A DNA stretch of 63,067 bases from a virus (lineage: Duplodnaviria; Caudoviricetes). Location: the IMG/VR virus record IMGVR_UViG_3300017963_000288, positions 1 through 63,067 of that record; one strand, written 5' to 3'. Under the pieces are notes generated by a model that saw nothing but the letters and a program-made list of their open reading frames with translations, made no database searches and was not told the origin of the DNA. Each line of letters begins with the position of its first letter. Positions within the stretch are counted from its first letter, which is position 1. A program made the translations under genes and the position numbers. Shown in pieces: positions 8,357 to 15,995 of the stretch.

Positions 8357-9895
8357 TCACTCCGGATCGGCAACGCGACGCCCTCGCCCCCGTTTCGGTT
8401 TCTCGTAGACGCCGGGTTTGCTTGCCGATAGGTATTTGCCAGCCGCTTCTTCACGCAGAGCGTTTATGGCTGTCGCCTCAATACGCCCCTGTGGAATCAC
8501 AAGCGGCGCGACCTCATCTAACGGCTTGTCGAACCGCCACGCCTTATCCACGCACCGCTGAATATTCCGCCCGACCCAACCATCGTCCATGCCATTCCTG
8601 ACGGTCCCTTTGACATCCTCGTATTTCTTGAGCCAGACGTCCCATATTGCGGATCGCTCTTTTGCGTCCGGCAGATCGAAAAAGAATGTGTCGGTGAACC
8701 GTGAACGCAACGCCGTATCCAGTCCACGGATACTGTTGCTCGTTGCGATCCATAGAGCGTTATCACTCCCAACGGCACTCACCACTTTCAACGCCGTGCG
8801 AAGATACCCGCCAGACCGTCCGACCAACTCGTGTTTCATCGCACCCATGTTGATCCGTATGACGAGCCGCCCGAACTCTGCGCCGACAGCTTTCGCAAAC
8901 GCCGACTTCCCACTCCCGGCGACGCCCAACAACATCAGACCATAAACGCCGTGGTCCTCCATGTAAGTTAGTGTCTCACCGAGTTGTTCGGCGTTGACTC
9001 CGCTTGTGTCACCCGTGTGACCAAGACCGGACTTTTCGATTTCATCCAACCACACAACAACCTCTGGTGGCTTGCGTCCGGTCATCAGTTGTCTTGCGTA
9101 CTCCTTTACGCTGTCGAGGCCACCCAGACTCTCGAACGTCTCGCCACCACGATAGACGGACAAGCCGCGAGTCTGTTCGATCAACGCCGTTTTCGTTTGC
9201 CACAAGTGAGCGATGTCAATGCCGTCCTTGCGGAGTGCCATCGCCGTGGCCTGTTCGGCCGAAAACGCCGGGAGCCCTCGAACCGCCTCAACGCTACGCA
9301 ACAGCGTATCCCTATCCATGATCGTGCGTTTAGACGTCCCCGTGCCCTTGCATTTTTCGCACTCCAGCCCCAGCGCAAGGCCAGTCCCGCCACACCCTCC
9401 ACACAGACTCGCGGACTGATCGAGTTTTGCGACGATTTCCGTCAGGTGTTCTGTGTCTGGTAACGGCTCGTCGAGAACAACGATGTCGTCCTTGAGCAGC
9501 GCAGGCAGATCAATCGTAGATTGAACGATGATAAGCATCCGGCGATCCAATTTCAGTTGATCGCGCAGATTCCAGACGGCCTGTTGTACGTGTGGGTTCC
9601 GCTCGAAAAACTCGCACCCGTTCAACATACATGCGATTCCACGCTCCGGCAATTCTCGCGAGCACCACATCAGAAATTCCACCGGCTCGGTGCAATCGTG
9701 CAAATCATCCGTGATGATTTCCTCGCCGCCCTCGTTGACGCCCACGACGCCGCGTACACAATCCCACATGACGATGGGGCCATTCTTCAATCCCTTCGCC
9801 AATTGTATCACGCATGCGCCGGGGTCCGGCGTTGTGATGGCGACAATTGGAACGGCCGCTTGGCGAGCAAGACTCAACTCTTTGACGAAATTCAT
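8357..9895 (-). CDS. Ycf46-like AAA+ ATPase with rearranged core and CxxCxGxG zinc-finger insert
   Basis: LGGLDSVK, WLDEIEK (Walker B), GVAGSGKS (Walker A), IATSN (sensor 1), RFTDTFFFDLP. Confidence 0.9.
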   Translation of the reverse strand: MNFVKELSLARQAAVPIVAITTPDPGACVIQLAKGLKNGPIVMWDCVRGVVGVNEGGEEIITDDLHDCTEPVEFLMWCSRELPERGIACMLNGCEFFERNPHVQQAVWNLRDQLKLDRRMLIIVQSTIDLPALLKDDIVVLDEPLPDTEHLTEIVAKLDQSASLCGGCGGTGLALGLECEKCKGTGTSKRTIMDRDTLLRSVEAVRGLPAFSAEQATAMALRKDGIDIAHLWQTKTALIEQTRGLSVYRGGETFESLGGLDSVKEYARQLMTGRKPPEVVVWLDEIEKSGLGHTGDTSGVNAEQLGETLTYMEDHGVYGLMLLGVAGSGKSAFAKAVGAEFGRLVIRINMGAMKHELVGRSGGYLRTALKVVSAVGSDNALWIATSNSIRGLDTALRSRFTDTFFFDLPDAKERSAIWDVWLKKYEDVKGTVRNGMDDGWVGRNIQRCVDKAWRFDKPLDEVAPLVIPQGRIEATAINALREEAAGKYLSASKPGVYEKPKRGRGRRVADPE

Positions 9896-9940
9896 TTCTC
9901 ATCTTCCTTTCGTATCTCGGTTAGGTTGGTTGGGGTTGCG

Positions 9941-10189
9941 TTAATCGACTTCCCAACCATCGTTAACTAGTTCACTAAAACACTCGTACTTGATCGCTTC
10001 TGCCCCTTCCAGTTTGGCGTCGAAAATGTTGCACAATAGAACGTGGGGCTGCATTGCTAGAACGACGCCAATTTCTGCAATCACCCCAGATGGGTCGCGG
10101 CGTATCACGGGACATCGAGGCCAACTCGGCCAGACGTGCGGTGCCAATAGATACGCCAACGACTTCTTCCGGATCGTTGCCTTGTCCAT
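9941..10189 (-). CDS. hypothetical protein
   Basis: GGAG RBS; ends in GWEVD. Confidence 0.6.
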   Translation of the reverse strand: MDKATIRKKSLAYLLAPHVWPSWPRCPVIRRDPSGVIAEIGVVLAMQPHVLLCNIFDAKLEGAEAIKYECFSELVNDGWEVD

Positions 10190-10208
10190 GATTGACTCCC
10201 CTCTGCGT

Positions 10209-10550
10209 TTAGATTCGTCCTTTGGAATGTGGCAACACATAATGCACTCGCCGCGTGACACGCAGGGCAATTACGCCCCAGTCTGGTGGCACCCCATTCG
10301 TATTCACGCGGGCGACACCCACGAACCCATCGTCCCGCTCATAATAGACATCGCGATAGTGGCCGTGTTCCATAACGCCCACCACTACGCCGTGAAAGTG
10401 ATTGACGCGAAATTCTGGTTCGCGGTGGACTTCCATGATAACAATCTCGTCGTCGATCCCAACTTTGGGCTGGTAACTGTCCATCGGCAACAATCCCATT
10501 TCGCGACATTGGCGATTGATGACTTGCCGCCGCACCATTACGGGCAACAT
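10209..10550 (-). CDS. hypothetical protein
   Basis: GGGAG RBS, co-oriented. Confidence 0.55.
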   Translation of the reverse strand: MLPVMVRRQVINRQCREMGLLPMDSYQPKVGIDDEIVIMEVHREPEFRVNHFHGVVVGVMEHGHYRDVYYERDDGFVGVARVNTNGVPPDWGVIALRVTRRVHYVLPHSKGRI

Positions 10551-10568
10551 AGCAGACTCCCTTCTTGT

Positions 10569-10772
10569 TTAGACTTTGTTGATCTTTCCCATATGGGCGA
10601 TGACTCGCCCCCGTTCCGTTTTACTCAAGTCGCGGAGTGGGTAAAGCGCCTCCAGCGCATATCCGCGAACCTCGTCCGCCGTCAATCGCGGGGGCCGTTC
10701 CTTGACCCCACGCCTTCCGAGTTGCCGCTGAACGTCCGGCGGCAGGTCGGCTACCCTAACGCCTTTTGCCAT
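10569..10772 (-). CDS. hypothetical protein
   Basis: AAGGAG RBS. Confidence 0.6.
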   Translation of the reverse strand: MAKGVRVADLPPDVQRQLGRRGVKERPPRLTADEVRGYALEALYPLRDLSKTERGRVIAHMGKINKV

Positions 10773-10956
10773 AATTCACTCCTTCGCTTGTAAAGGTTTC
10801 TGGTTTGTCTATGTCGCGGAAGAACCGCGTCATCCCAACTCGGTCACTTTCGGCTTCGGCTCTACTCTTGTATGGGCCACAGTCAGGCTCGTTATCAGGT
10901 AGGCCGGTCACCCACCACGCACCGCCTCGCCAGATCGTTTCAAGGTCGACCGTCAT
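10756..10956 (-). CDS. hypothetical protein
   Basis: MTVDLE start; WW...CGPYKSRAEA pattern. Confidence 0.55.
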   Translation of the reverse strand: MTVDLETIWRGGAWWVTGLPDNEPDCGPYKSRAEAESDRVGMTRFFRDIDKPETFTSEGVNYGKRR

Positions 10957-11605
10957 CTTGTGTCCCCCCTGTTCCGCATTGTCCTCGTTGTAGGCCCGCA
11001 AGACCCCGACACGGCAACCGCTGCCGACACTGTTCGGCCAGTTCCACCACGAGCGGTTCGCTCGTCGTGGGCAGTTGCCAATCGTGGCTCCTTTCCCAGT
11101 CCACCTCCGGCCGGTTCTGCATCCAATAGAACACCCTGCCGCCACTGGTCTGCAATGTGAACGGTAAATGCCGCACCGGCAGCACCCAATTCGACAACGG
11201 CAAGTCTTTTTCCGGTCGTGAGGCCGCGTCAAGCGATAGATCGGCGAGGTAATAGGCGGTTTGAAGGATTAGGTGTCCGTTATATTTGGACCCGCTCCGC
11301 TCGTCGATCTGTACGATGTACGCCCCAGCGTCAGTCCACCTCGCGGCATCGGCTTCGCTCTTTGGCAGCTCCGCCTCGCGGTCGATCAATCGACACGCTG
11401 CGCCGTTGCAAGCGGCGTAAGCGCAGGGCACCGGCTCAGACCGGATGCCGAACAGGTCGAGAACGTGCATCGCTATCCTCGTCGACGCGATGCACGTCTC
11501 CCGAACCTTTGCACCCATCCCGACAAGCGTAGCCTCCCGCAAGTCGAAAGCCAAAGCCTCTAAGATGATCCGGTGCTTTTGTTTTTCACGCCGTAGGATA
11601 CTCAT
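10940..11605 (-). CDS. hypothetical protein (Cys...His...Asp arrangement suggests a transglutaminase-like fold; weak)
   Basis: GGAGG RBS; TCIASTR...GHLIL...ADLS. Confidence 0.5.
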   Translation of the reverse strand: MSILRREKQKHRIILEALAFDLREATLVGMGAKVRETCIASTRIAMHVLDLFGIRSEPVPCAYAACNGAACRLIDREAELPKSEADAARWTDAGAYIVQIDERSGSKYNGHLILQTAYYLADLSLDAASRPEKDLPLSNWVLPVRHLPFTLQTSGGRVFYWMQNRPEVDWERSHDWQLPTTSEPLVVELAEQCRQRLPCRGLAGLQRGQCGTGGTQDDGRP

Positions 11606-11657
11606 TGGGCCCTCCGTTAGTTCGGGGAATAGAATTCTCATGTGGGCTCTTGCTCGA

Positions 11658-11888
11658 TCAATACAACGACACTCGCCAGTATGCGCCGCAGCGTCGACAC
11701 CCGTGATCCAGATTTCCTGACTCCGGTCCACCGGAACTGCAATCCACGAGGTCGTGACCATGCAACGAGCACATCGCCGTGTTCCAAGCCGACTCCAAGG
11801 TGGCTTGGAACGTGGGAGAGTAGATGTCCCCGTGAAGGCGGAGCGGGTCGTCATCCCGCATTTCGGTGATTGTCAAGTTTGTGTGCAT
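11658..11888 (-). CDS. small Cys/His-rich protein
   Basis: AAGGAGATTAGCGATG leader; CSLHGHD...CRRCG. Confidence 0.6.
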   Translation of the reverse strand: MHTNLTITEMRDDDPLRLHGDIYSPTFQATLESAWNTAMCSLHGHDLVDCSSGGPESGNLDHGCRRCGAYWRVSLY

Positions 11889-11963
11889 CGCTAATCTCCT
11901 TGTGTGTTGTGGTTGGTTGTGGTTGCCCCACTCGCTAACCCTCGCTGTTTCTCGCGTCGCGGA

Positions 11964-12206
11964 TCACTTATGATCGACGACCTCCCGCGTCAAGACCTGG
12001 AGTACGAAGTGGTCTTGCCTCGCAACGAGAACAAGATCGTCAAGTACGCTCTCGATTGCATCGCGGTCATTCCGTCCTGTCACAACGCAGATGCGGTCAG
12101 TTATGGCCGCTATCGGGTTGTGGCTCGACCCTCCGATGTTTCGCCGCCGTTCATCGGCGACGATTTCATCAACGTTAGCCGTGTGGTTAAGGTTCGCGTC
12201 AACCAT
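11964..12206 (-). CDS. hypothetical protein, paralog of the 13181-13564 C-terminal domain
   Basis: AAGGAG RBS; shared GGSSHN motif. Confidence 0.65.
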   Translation of the reverse strand: MVDANLNHTANVDEIVADERRRNIGGSSHNPIAAITDRICVVTGRNDRDAIESVLDDLVLVARQDHFVLQVLTREVVDHK

Positions 12207-12254
12207 CGTTCACTCCTTGCTGGTTGGGGTTCGTTTGATTCATCGGCTCCGAGT

Positions 12255-12707
12255 CTATTTGTCATGCTTGTGCTTCCGACAGATTCGACGCTCGGTTCCT
12301 CGGATCACGGGGCCGTCAATCCCCGCCTCCTTGCAGACGCCGCAGATCATCCCGCTCGCGAACCATCCGCAGCACGCGCAATCGCGGTGCGTCTTGGGTT
12401 CTCGGCAGAGGCACTTGTCGTTCTTTTTCCGCGTCTTCGCTCGCTGCTTGTTTCGTTTGACTTCGGCAACCAGGGCGACCACCGCCTCTTTGCGCGTCAG
12501 AGTGCCGCCACGCCACACTTGACCATTGCGCAATCGCCACTCGTATGTCTCGCCACCGCCGCGCGAGGTCCGAACCGAACCGAGGGTGGCCGTTCGCCAC
12601 GCTCCGACCATCGGGGTCTTGCGTGTCCGAACCATGTAAGTGGTGGCCCCTTTCCAACTGTACCGATCCAGGTAGAGCGTCTTGCCATTTACTTTGATCG
12701 TCGCCAT
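12255..12707 (-). CDS. basic protein with C-terminal Cys cluster
   Basis: AAGGAGATTACGATG leader; CLC..CACCG..CGVC..C. Confidence 0.65.
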   Translation of the reverse strand: MATIKVNGKTLYLDRYSWKGATTYMVRTRKTPMVGAWRTATLGSVRTSRGGGETYEWRLRNGQVWRGGTLTRKEAVVALVAEVKRNKQRAKTRKKNDKCLCREPKTHRDCACCGWFASGMICGVCKEAGIDGPVIRGTERRICRKHKHDK

Positions 12708-12763
12708 CGTAATCTCCTTTTAGTTTTTTGGGGAACAAAAATAATACGAACGAACTCACTCAC

Positions 12764-13126
12764 TCAGAAGCCATAATGCTGCTCAGAGGGAAACGCCTCG
12801 GCAACAATCGCCTCACGCTCGGCAAAGGACAACCCCTCCACCCACTCCATTGCCTCGTCATCCTCCCCGTACATCGCAGGGAAGCCGGTAGCGAACCCGC
12901 AGCTCGTCACGCTATCGGCAACCTCATCCCCGCTCAACGTCACCCGCATCGTCGCCTCGACGCTCGGCTCCTTCGTGGGATACCCGGCTCGGGCCGCTGC
13001 GATTCCCTGCAAGGTATCGTATGCAATCGCGTCCCATGCCATGTGAAGGGCAGTTATCGCCCGCTCCCGCAAAGACCCAGAATGTCTCCGCCCTCTACAA
13101 CCTTTCGCCGCTCGTTTCAATTTCAT
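12764..13126 (-). CDS. hypothetical protein
   Basis: AAGGAG RBS. Confidence 0.6.
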   Translation of the reverse strand: MKLKRAAKGCRGRRHSGSLRERAITALHMAWDAIAYDTLQGIAAARAGYPTKEPSVEATMRVTLSGDEVADSVTSCGFATGFPAMYGEDDEAMEWVEGLSFAEREAIVAEAFPSEQHYGF

Positions 13127-13180
13127 CGCTCAACTCCTTATTGGTTATGGATGATCGTGATTGTCTCGCCAACCCACCCG

Positions 13181-13564
13181 CTAACCCTCGATTTCCGCCC
13201 GCAGCATCTTGTAGGAATCGTCGTCCTCCCGGCACGTCGCGACGAGACATTCGACCGCTTGTTCCAGGGCGATGAAGTCAGTTCGGCCGGAATAAAGGCC
13301 GATCCGATGGGACAATTCAGCCGGGACGTTATGGCTCGACCCACCGACGTAGTTGACCCCATCGGTGGCAACCGCGTCGCCAGCCCAGTCTTCCTCGACG
13401 GTATACGTCTCGTCTGGGTCTTCGTCGTCTTCCTTGAGTTCAATCAGATCACAAACCGCTTCGTCGATTGCTTTCAACATCGGCTTGTACCGTTTCAGCG
13501 TCTCGTCGCTCCAGTTTTGAACCTCGACAAGTTGTGCCAGAATTGAGTCAAAGAACTTTCGCAT
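13181..13564 (-). CDS. acidic hypothetical protein
   Basis: Its RBS lies in the repeat directly 3' of hammerhead 1. Confidence 0.7.
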   Translation of the reverse strand: MRKFFDSILAQLVEVQNWSDETLKRYKPMLKAIDEAVCDLIELKEDDEDPDETYTVEEDWAGDAVATDGVNYVGGSSHNVPAELSHRIGLYSGRTDFIALEQAVECLVATCREDDDSYKMLRAEIEG

Positions 13565-13567
13565 CGC

Positions 13568-13654
13568 TAATCTCCTTTGTGCTTGACTGTTTGGCTGCTC
13601 GTCAGACCTGGCCCGCCACGGCCGGATGATGGGGCGAAACTCGCCCCATTTCGC
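13568..13654. repeat. 87-bp direct repeat, copy 1 (ribozyme + RBS)
   Basis: 81/87 identical to 15120-15206 by manual alignment. Confidence 0.95.
13592..13654 (-). ncRNA. type II hammerhead ribozyme, copy 1
   Basis: GC-GAAA-UGGGGCGA(GUU)UCGCCCCA-UC^AUCCGGCC(GUGGCG)GGCCAGGU-CUGACGA-GC-AGCCA; complete catalytic core; predicted cleavage between 13628 and 13627. Confidence 0.85.
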
Positions 13655-13657
13655 TCT

Positions 13658-14305
13658 CTACCAAAACATGCCGAACCGCTCGACAATTCGGCTGACCCTC
13701 AAGCCCTCATCGTACTCTGCCGCGAGGATGACCTTCGCGATGTTCCGTACCGCTGCCCGTGAGCGGCGAGGGGAAGCGTAGTTGCGGCCGAGAATGATGT
13801 CAATTTCCTCGGCATATTCGCCACGACCGCAATGCTCGTCCTTCGTATAGACCGTGAACAATGGGCCATCGTTGAGTAAGTTTGTGCCCTGCGGCTTGCC
13901 CTGCCCGTCGAAAAACAGGATCGCCAAACAATACCCTCGCGGCGTATCGTGAACCTCAAGCCGTCGCGAACCCCCTCGCCGAAATGTCTTCGGTGCACCG
14001 TAGTCTGCCACTTTGCGGGACTTCCGGTTTGTATGTCGCTTCTGCCGCTTCTTCTGCCGTCTCGCTACGGCAACCTTTCCAACCGTAACGCCTTCCTCGT
14101 GCAGCGTCAGAACGAATCCCCTCGCCCGATACACCGTCCGTTCGGTATCATCCTTCGCTAAACCGAGGGTCCGCAGGATGTCCACGCGGGCTTGACGGGT
14201 GTGGCCATGGTCGTCAAAAGGATATGACAACCACCATGTTCTCGCCGCCGCGTTGTACCGCGTGACTCGGCATCCCAGTTTTCTCAGTCTCGTGATGACA
14301 TTCAC
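13658..14305 (-). CDS. hypothetical basic protein
   Basis: GTG start after an AAGGAG RBS; stop 3 nt before hammerhead 1. Confidence 0.6.
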   Translation of the reverse strand: MNVITRLRKLGCRVTRYNAAARTWWLSYPFDDHGHTRQARVDILRTLGLAKDDTERTVYRARGFVLTLHEEGVTVGKVAVARRQKKRQKRHTNRKSRKVADYGAPKTFRRGGSRRLEVHDTPRGYCLAILFFDGQGKPQGTNLLNDGPLFTVYTKDEHCGRGEYAEEIDIILGRNYASPRRSRAAVRNIAKVILAAEYDEGLRVSRIVERFGMFW

Positions 14306-14334
14306 AGTGAACTCCTTGTAAAGAAATGGATGTT

Positions 14335-14374
14335 GAAGAAATCGCCCAACCCGCCAGCGTTCGGTGGGCTGGGC
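14335..14374 (-). terminator. possible terminator/processing hairpin
   Basis: GCCCAGCCC...GGGTTGGGC stem followed by GATTTCTTC on the minus strand. Confidence 0.45.
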
Positions 14375-14421
14375 ACGGCCGCCGTCGTCGAGGGCATTTC
14401 GCATTAAGCGAGAAGAGGTCA

Positions 14422-15117
14422 TTACCACTCGGTGTCGATCCGCTCACAAACCGCCTTCCATTGCGCCAGGATCGCCAGCGGGCCGTTGTAGTCCGCGTAT
14501 GACAACAACCCGGCGAGCGCCCGAACCTCGCACTCTGTTCGGAAGTTACTCATCACTGACGAACTTCCATGACGGTACGGCCGTTCCTGCAAGGCGGCCG
14601 TCATACGCTGTCGGCAAACCTCGCTCGCCGCTGCCGCTTCCGCCAATGAGCATTCTTCCTGCAAGACTGCCCGCACGGTTTGCAACACGTTGTAGTAAGT
14701 GTAGGCGCGTCGCCGTCCGGCGTTGAGTAAGATGTCGTCCATATGCCACACCAGATAGTCCACGATGCCTTCCGACGGAATCTGCGGCTCTTGCTCTTTG
14801 TCGAAACGCTCCAACCACTTCGCCAATCGCTTCCGGGTGAATTCGCCGTGGTCCTCCATGTCCTCGGTCCGCTTTTGTTCCCGTTGACCCGCCCCCATCG
14901 CAGGCCGCACTTCGCAAGCGGCGACTTTGTAACGCGCTGACCCATCATCGGTCACTCTGACCTCAAGACCGTTTGCGTAGATGTGGTCGATACGCAAGAC
15001 GGCTTGCGCCCGCAGTCCGGGGTTGGCATTGATCTCGTCTGGGGACACGTCCACCAGCATTCCGACCTCCAGCTCCGTTCCCTTCCAACCGTTGATCTTC
15101 TGAATCGTGGTCGCCAT
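14422..15117 (-). CDS. hypothetical protein
   Basis: Its RBS lies in the repeat directly 3' of hammerhead 2. Confidence 0.7.
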   Translation of the reverse strand: MATTIQKINGWKGTELEVGMLVDVSPDEINANPGLRAQAVLRIDHIYANGLEVRVTDDGSARYKVAACEVRPAMGAGQREQKRTEDMEDHGEFTRKRLAKWLERFDKEQEPQIPSEGIVDYLVWHMDDILLNAGRRRAYTYYNVLQTVRAVLQEECSLAEAAAASEVCRQRMTAALQERPYRHGSSSVMSNFRTECEVRALAGLLSYADYNGPLAILAQWKAVCERIDTEW

Positions 15118-15119
15118 CG

Positions 15120-15206
15120 TAATCTCCTTTGTGCTTGACTATTTGGCTGCTCGTCAGACCCGGCCCGCCACGGCCGGATGACGGGGCGAAGCTTGCCCCG
15201 TTTCGC
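15120..15206. repeat. 87-bp direct repeat, copy 2
   Basis: Matches 13568-13654 at an offset of 1552 bp. Confidence 0.95.
15144..15206 (-). ncRNA. type II hammerhead ribozyme, copy 2
   Basis: GC-GAAA-CGGGGC(AAGCUUC)GCCCCG-UC^AUCCGGCC(GUGGCG)GGCCGGGU-CUGACGA-GC-AGCCA; GUC triplet; predicted cleavage between 15180 and 15179. Confidence 0.9.
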
Positions 15207-15212
15207 ACCATA

Positions 15213-15524
15213 TTAGAGTCGGCAACTGCTGATGGCTTCAATCCGTTCCTTTTGTTTCTTCGCTTCCTTCGCGTCTCGAATCGACTTCCTTTCGCTCTCG
15301 ACCAACTCATATAGAATCTCGGACAGGTCGTCGAACCACTCGCTGTCCGTCTCGGCGATTCGCTTCTCGGTTTCCTCTGCCTCCATATAGGCCGAGAAAG
15401 CCATTTCCTCGAACGTCTCGGCCAATTCCGCCATCACGTCAAGTGCTCCGTCCGGCGTGTGCGTGTAATGGGCACCACGGGCGAGAAGACGAGCGAAGCC
15501 TTTTGCGGTGTAGGTTCTAGCCAT
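15213..15524 (-). CDS. hypothetical protein, first gene of the early operon
   Basis: GAAAGGAG RBS before MARTY. Confidence 0.7.
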   Translation of the reverse strand: MARTYTAKGFARLLARGAHYTHTPDGALDVMAELAETFEEMAFSAYMEAEETEKRIAETDSEWFDDLSEILYELVESERKSIRDAKEAKKQKERIEAISSCRL

Positions 15525-15576
15525 GATCGTAGCTCCTTTCAAAATGGTTAAGAAAAATCTGCGTAATCATCCGCAA

Positions 15577-15653
15577 GGTGGGTTATTGGGAATCGAACCC
15601 AACTCGAACGTCGCGGCGTCTCCGCCACGTGTCTTGCACCAGCACCCAACCGA
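15577..15653 (-). ncRNA. tRNA-like structure lacking an anticodon loop
   Basis: T-arm UUGGG-UUCGAUU-CCCAA; acceptor UCGGUUG/UAACCCA (one mismatch); central arm CGUGGCG-GAGA-CGCCGCG; 77 nt. Confidence 0.55.
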
Positions 15654-15655
15654 AG

Positions 15656-15995
15656 AACTCCCATTCCGCCAATCCGGCCTTTCGCTTTCCCGAACGAGAG
15701 TCACTTCGATTCTTGTCGCGTCCCTGAGTCTTATGTCCGGCTCTGTGCCGACGCCTTTCCCCGACTCGCACCGTTATCGACGCTTACCATTACCTTCAAC
15801 GTCCGGTGGAGGGGGGCCAGCTTCGCAACGCACAACTCGGCGTGGGTCGATTTCTCTCCCCCTACCGCTCGTCGATTCGAGTTCGTTCGGACGTCTCGGC
15901 TTGTGGCCGGTTTCTCGACCTCGCTCACTTGGAGGTCATTGGTCGGACGTCCTACTTCGTGCTGTGCTTCGCTCATAAGAAGAATCGAAATGTAG
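15656..15995 (-). ncRNA. putative large structured non-coding/leader RNA
   Basis: 13-bp long-range helix 15992-15980/15714-15702 enclosing nested stems; separate 11-bp helix 15702-15692/15666-15656. Confidence 0.55.

Noticed and set aside
13568-15206. Diversity-generating retroelement TR/VR pair or IS/LTR element
   Set aside because: No reverse transcriptase or transposase in the window; the repeats are intergenic and their differences fit RNA structure conservation.
13577-15314. Near-identical plus-strand ORFs MCLT.WLLVRPGPPRPDDGAKLAPFR (13577, 15129)
   Set aside because: These are antisense translations of the ribozyme repeat, with no RBS, and they diverge immediately after the repeat.
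15577-15653. Functional tRNA gene
   Set aside because: No 7-nt anticodon loop, no U8 and a mismatched acceptor; kept only as a tRNA-like element.
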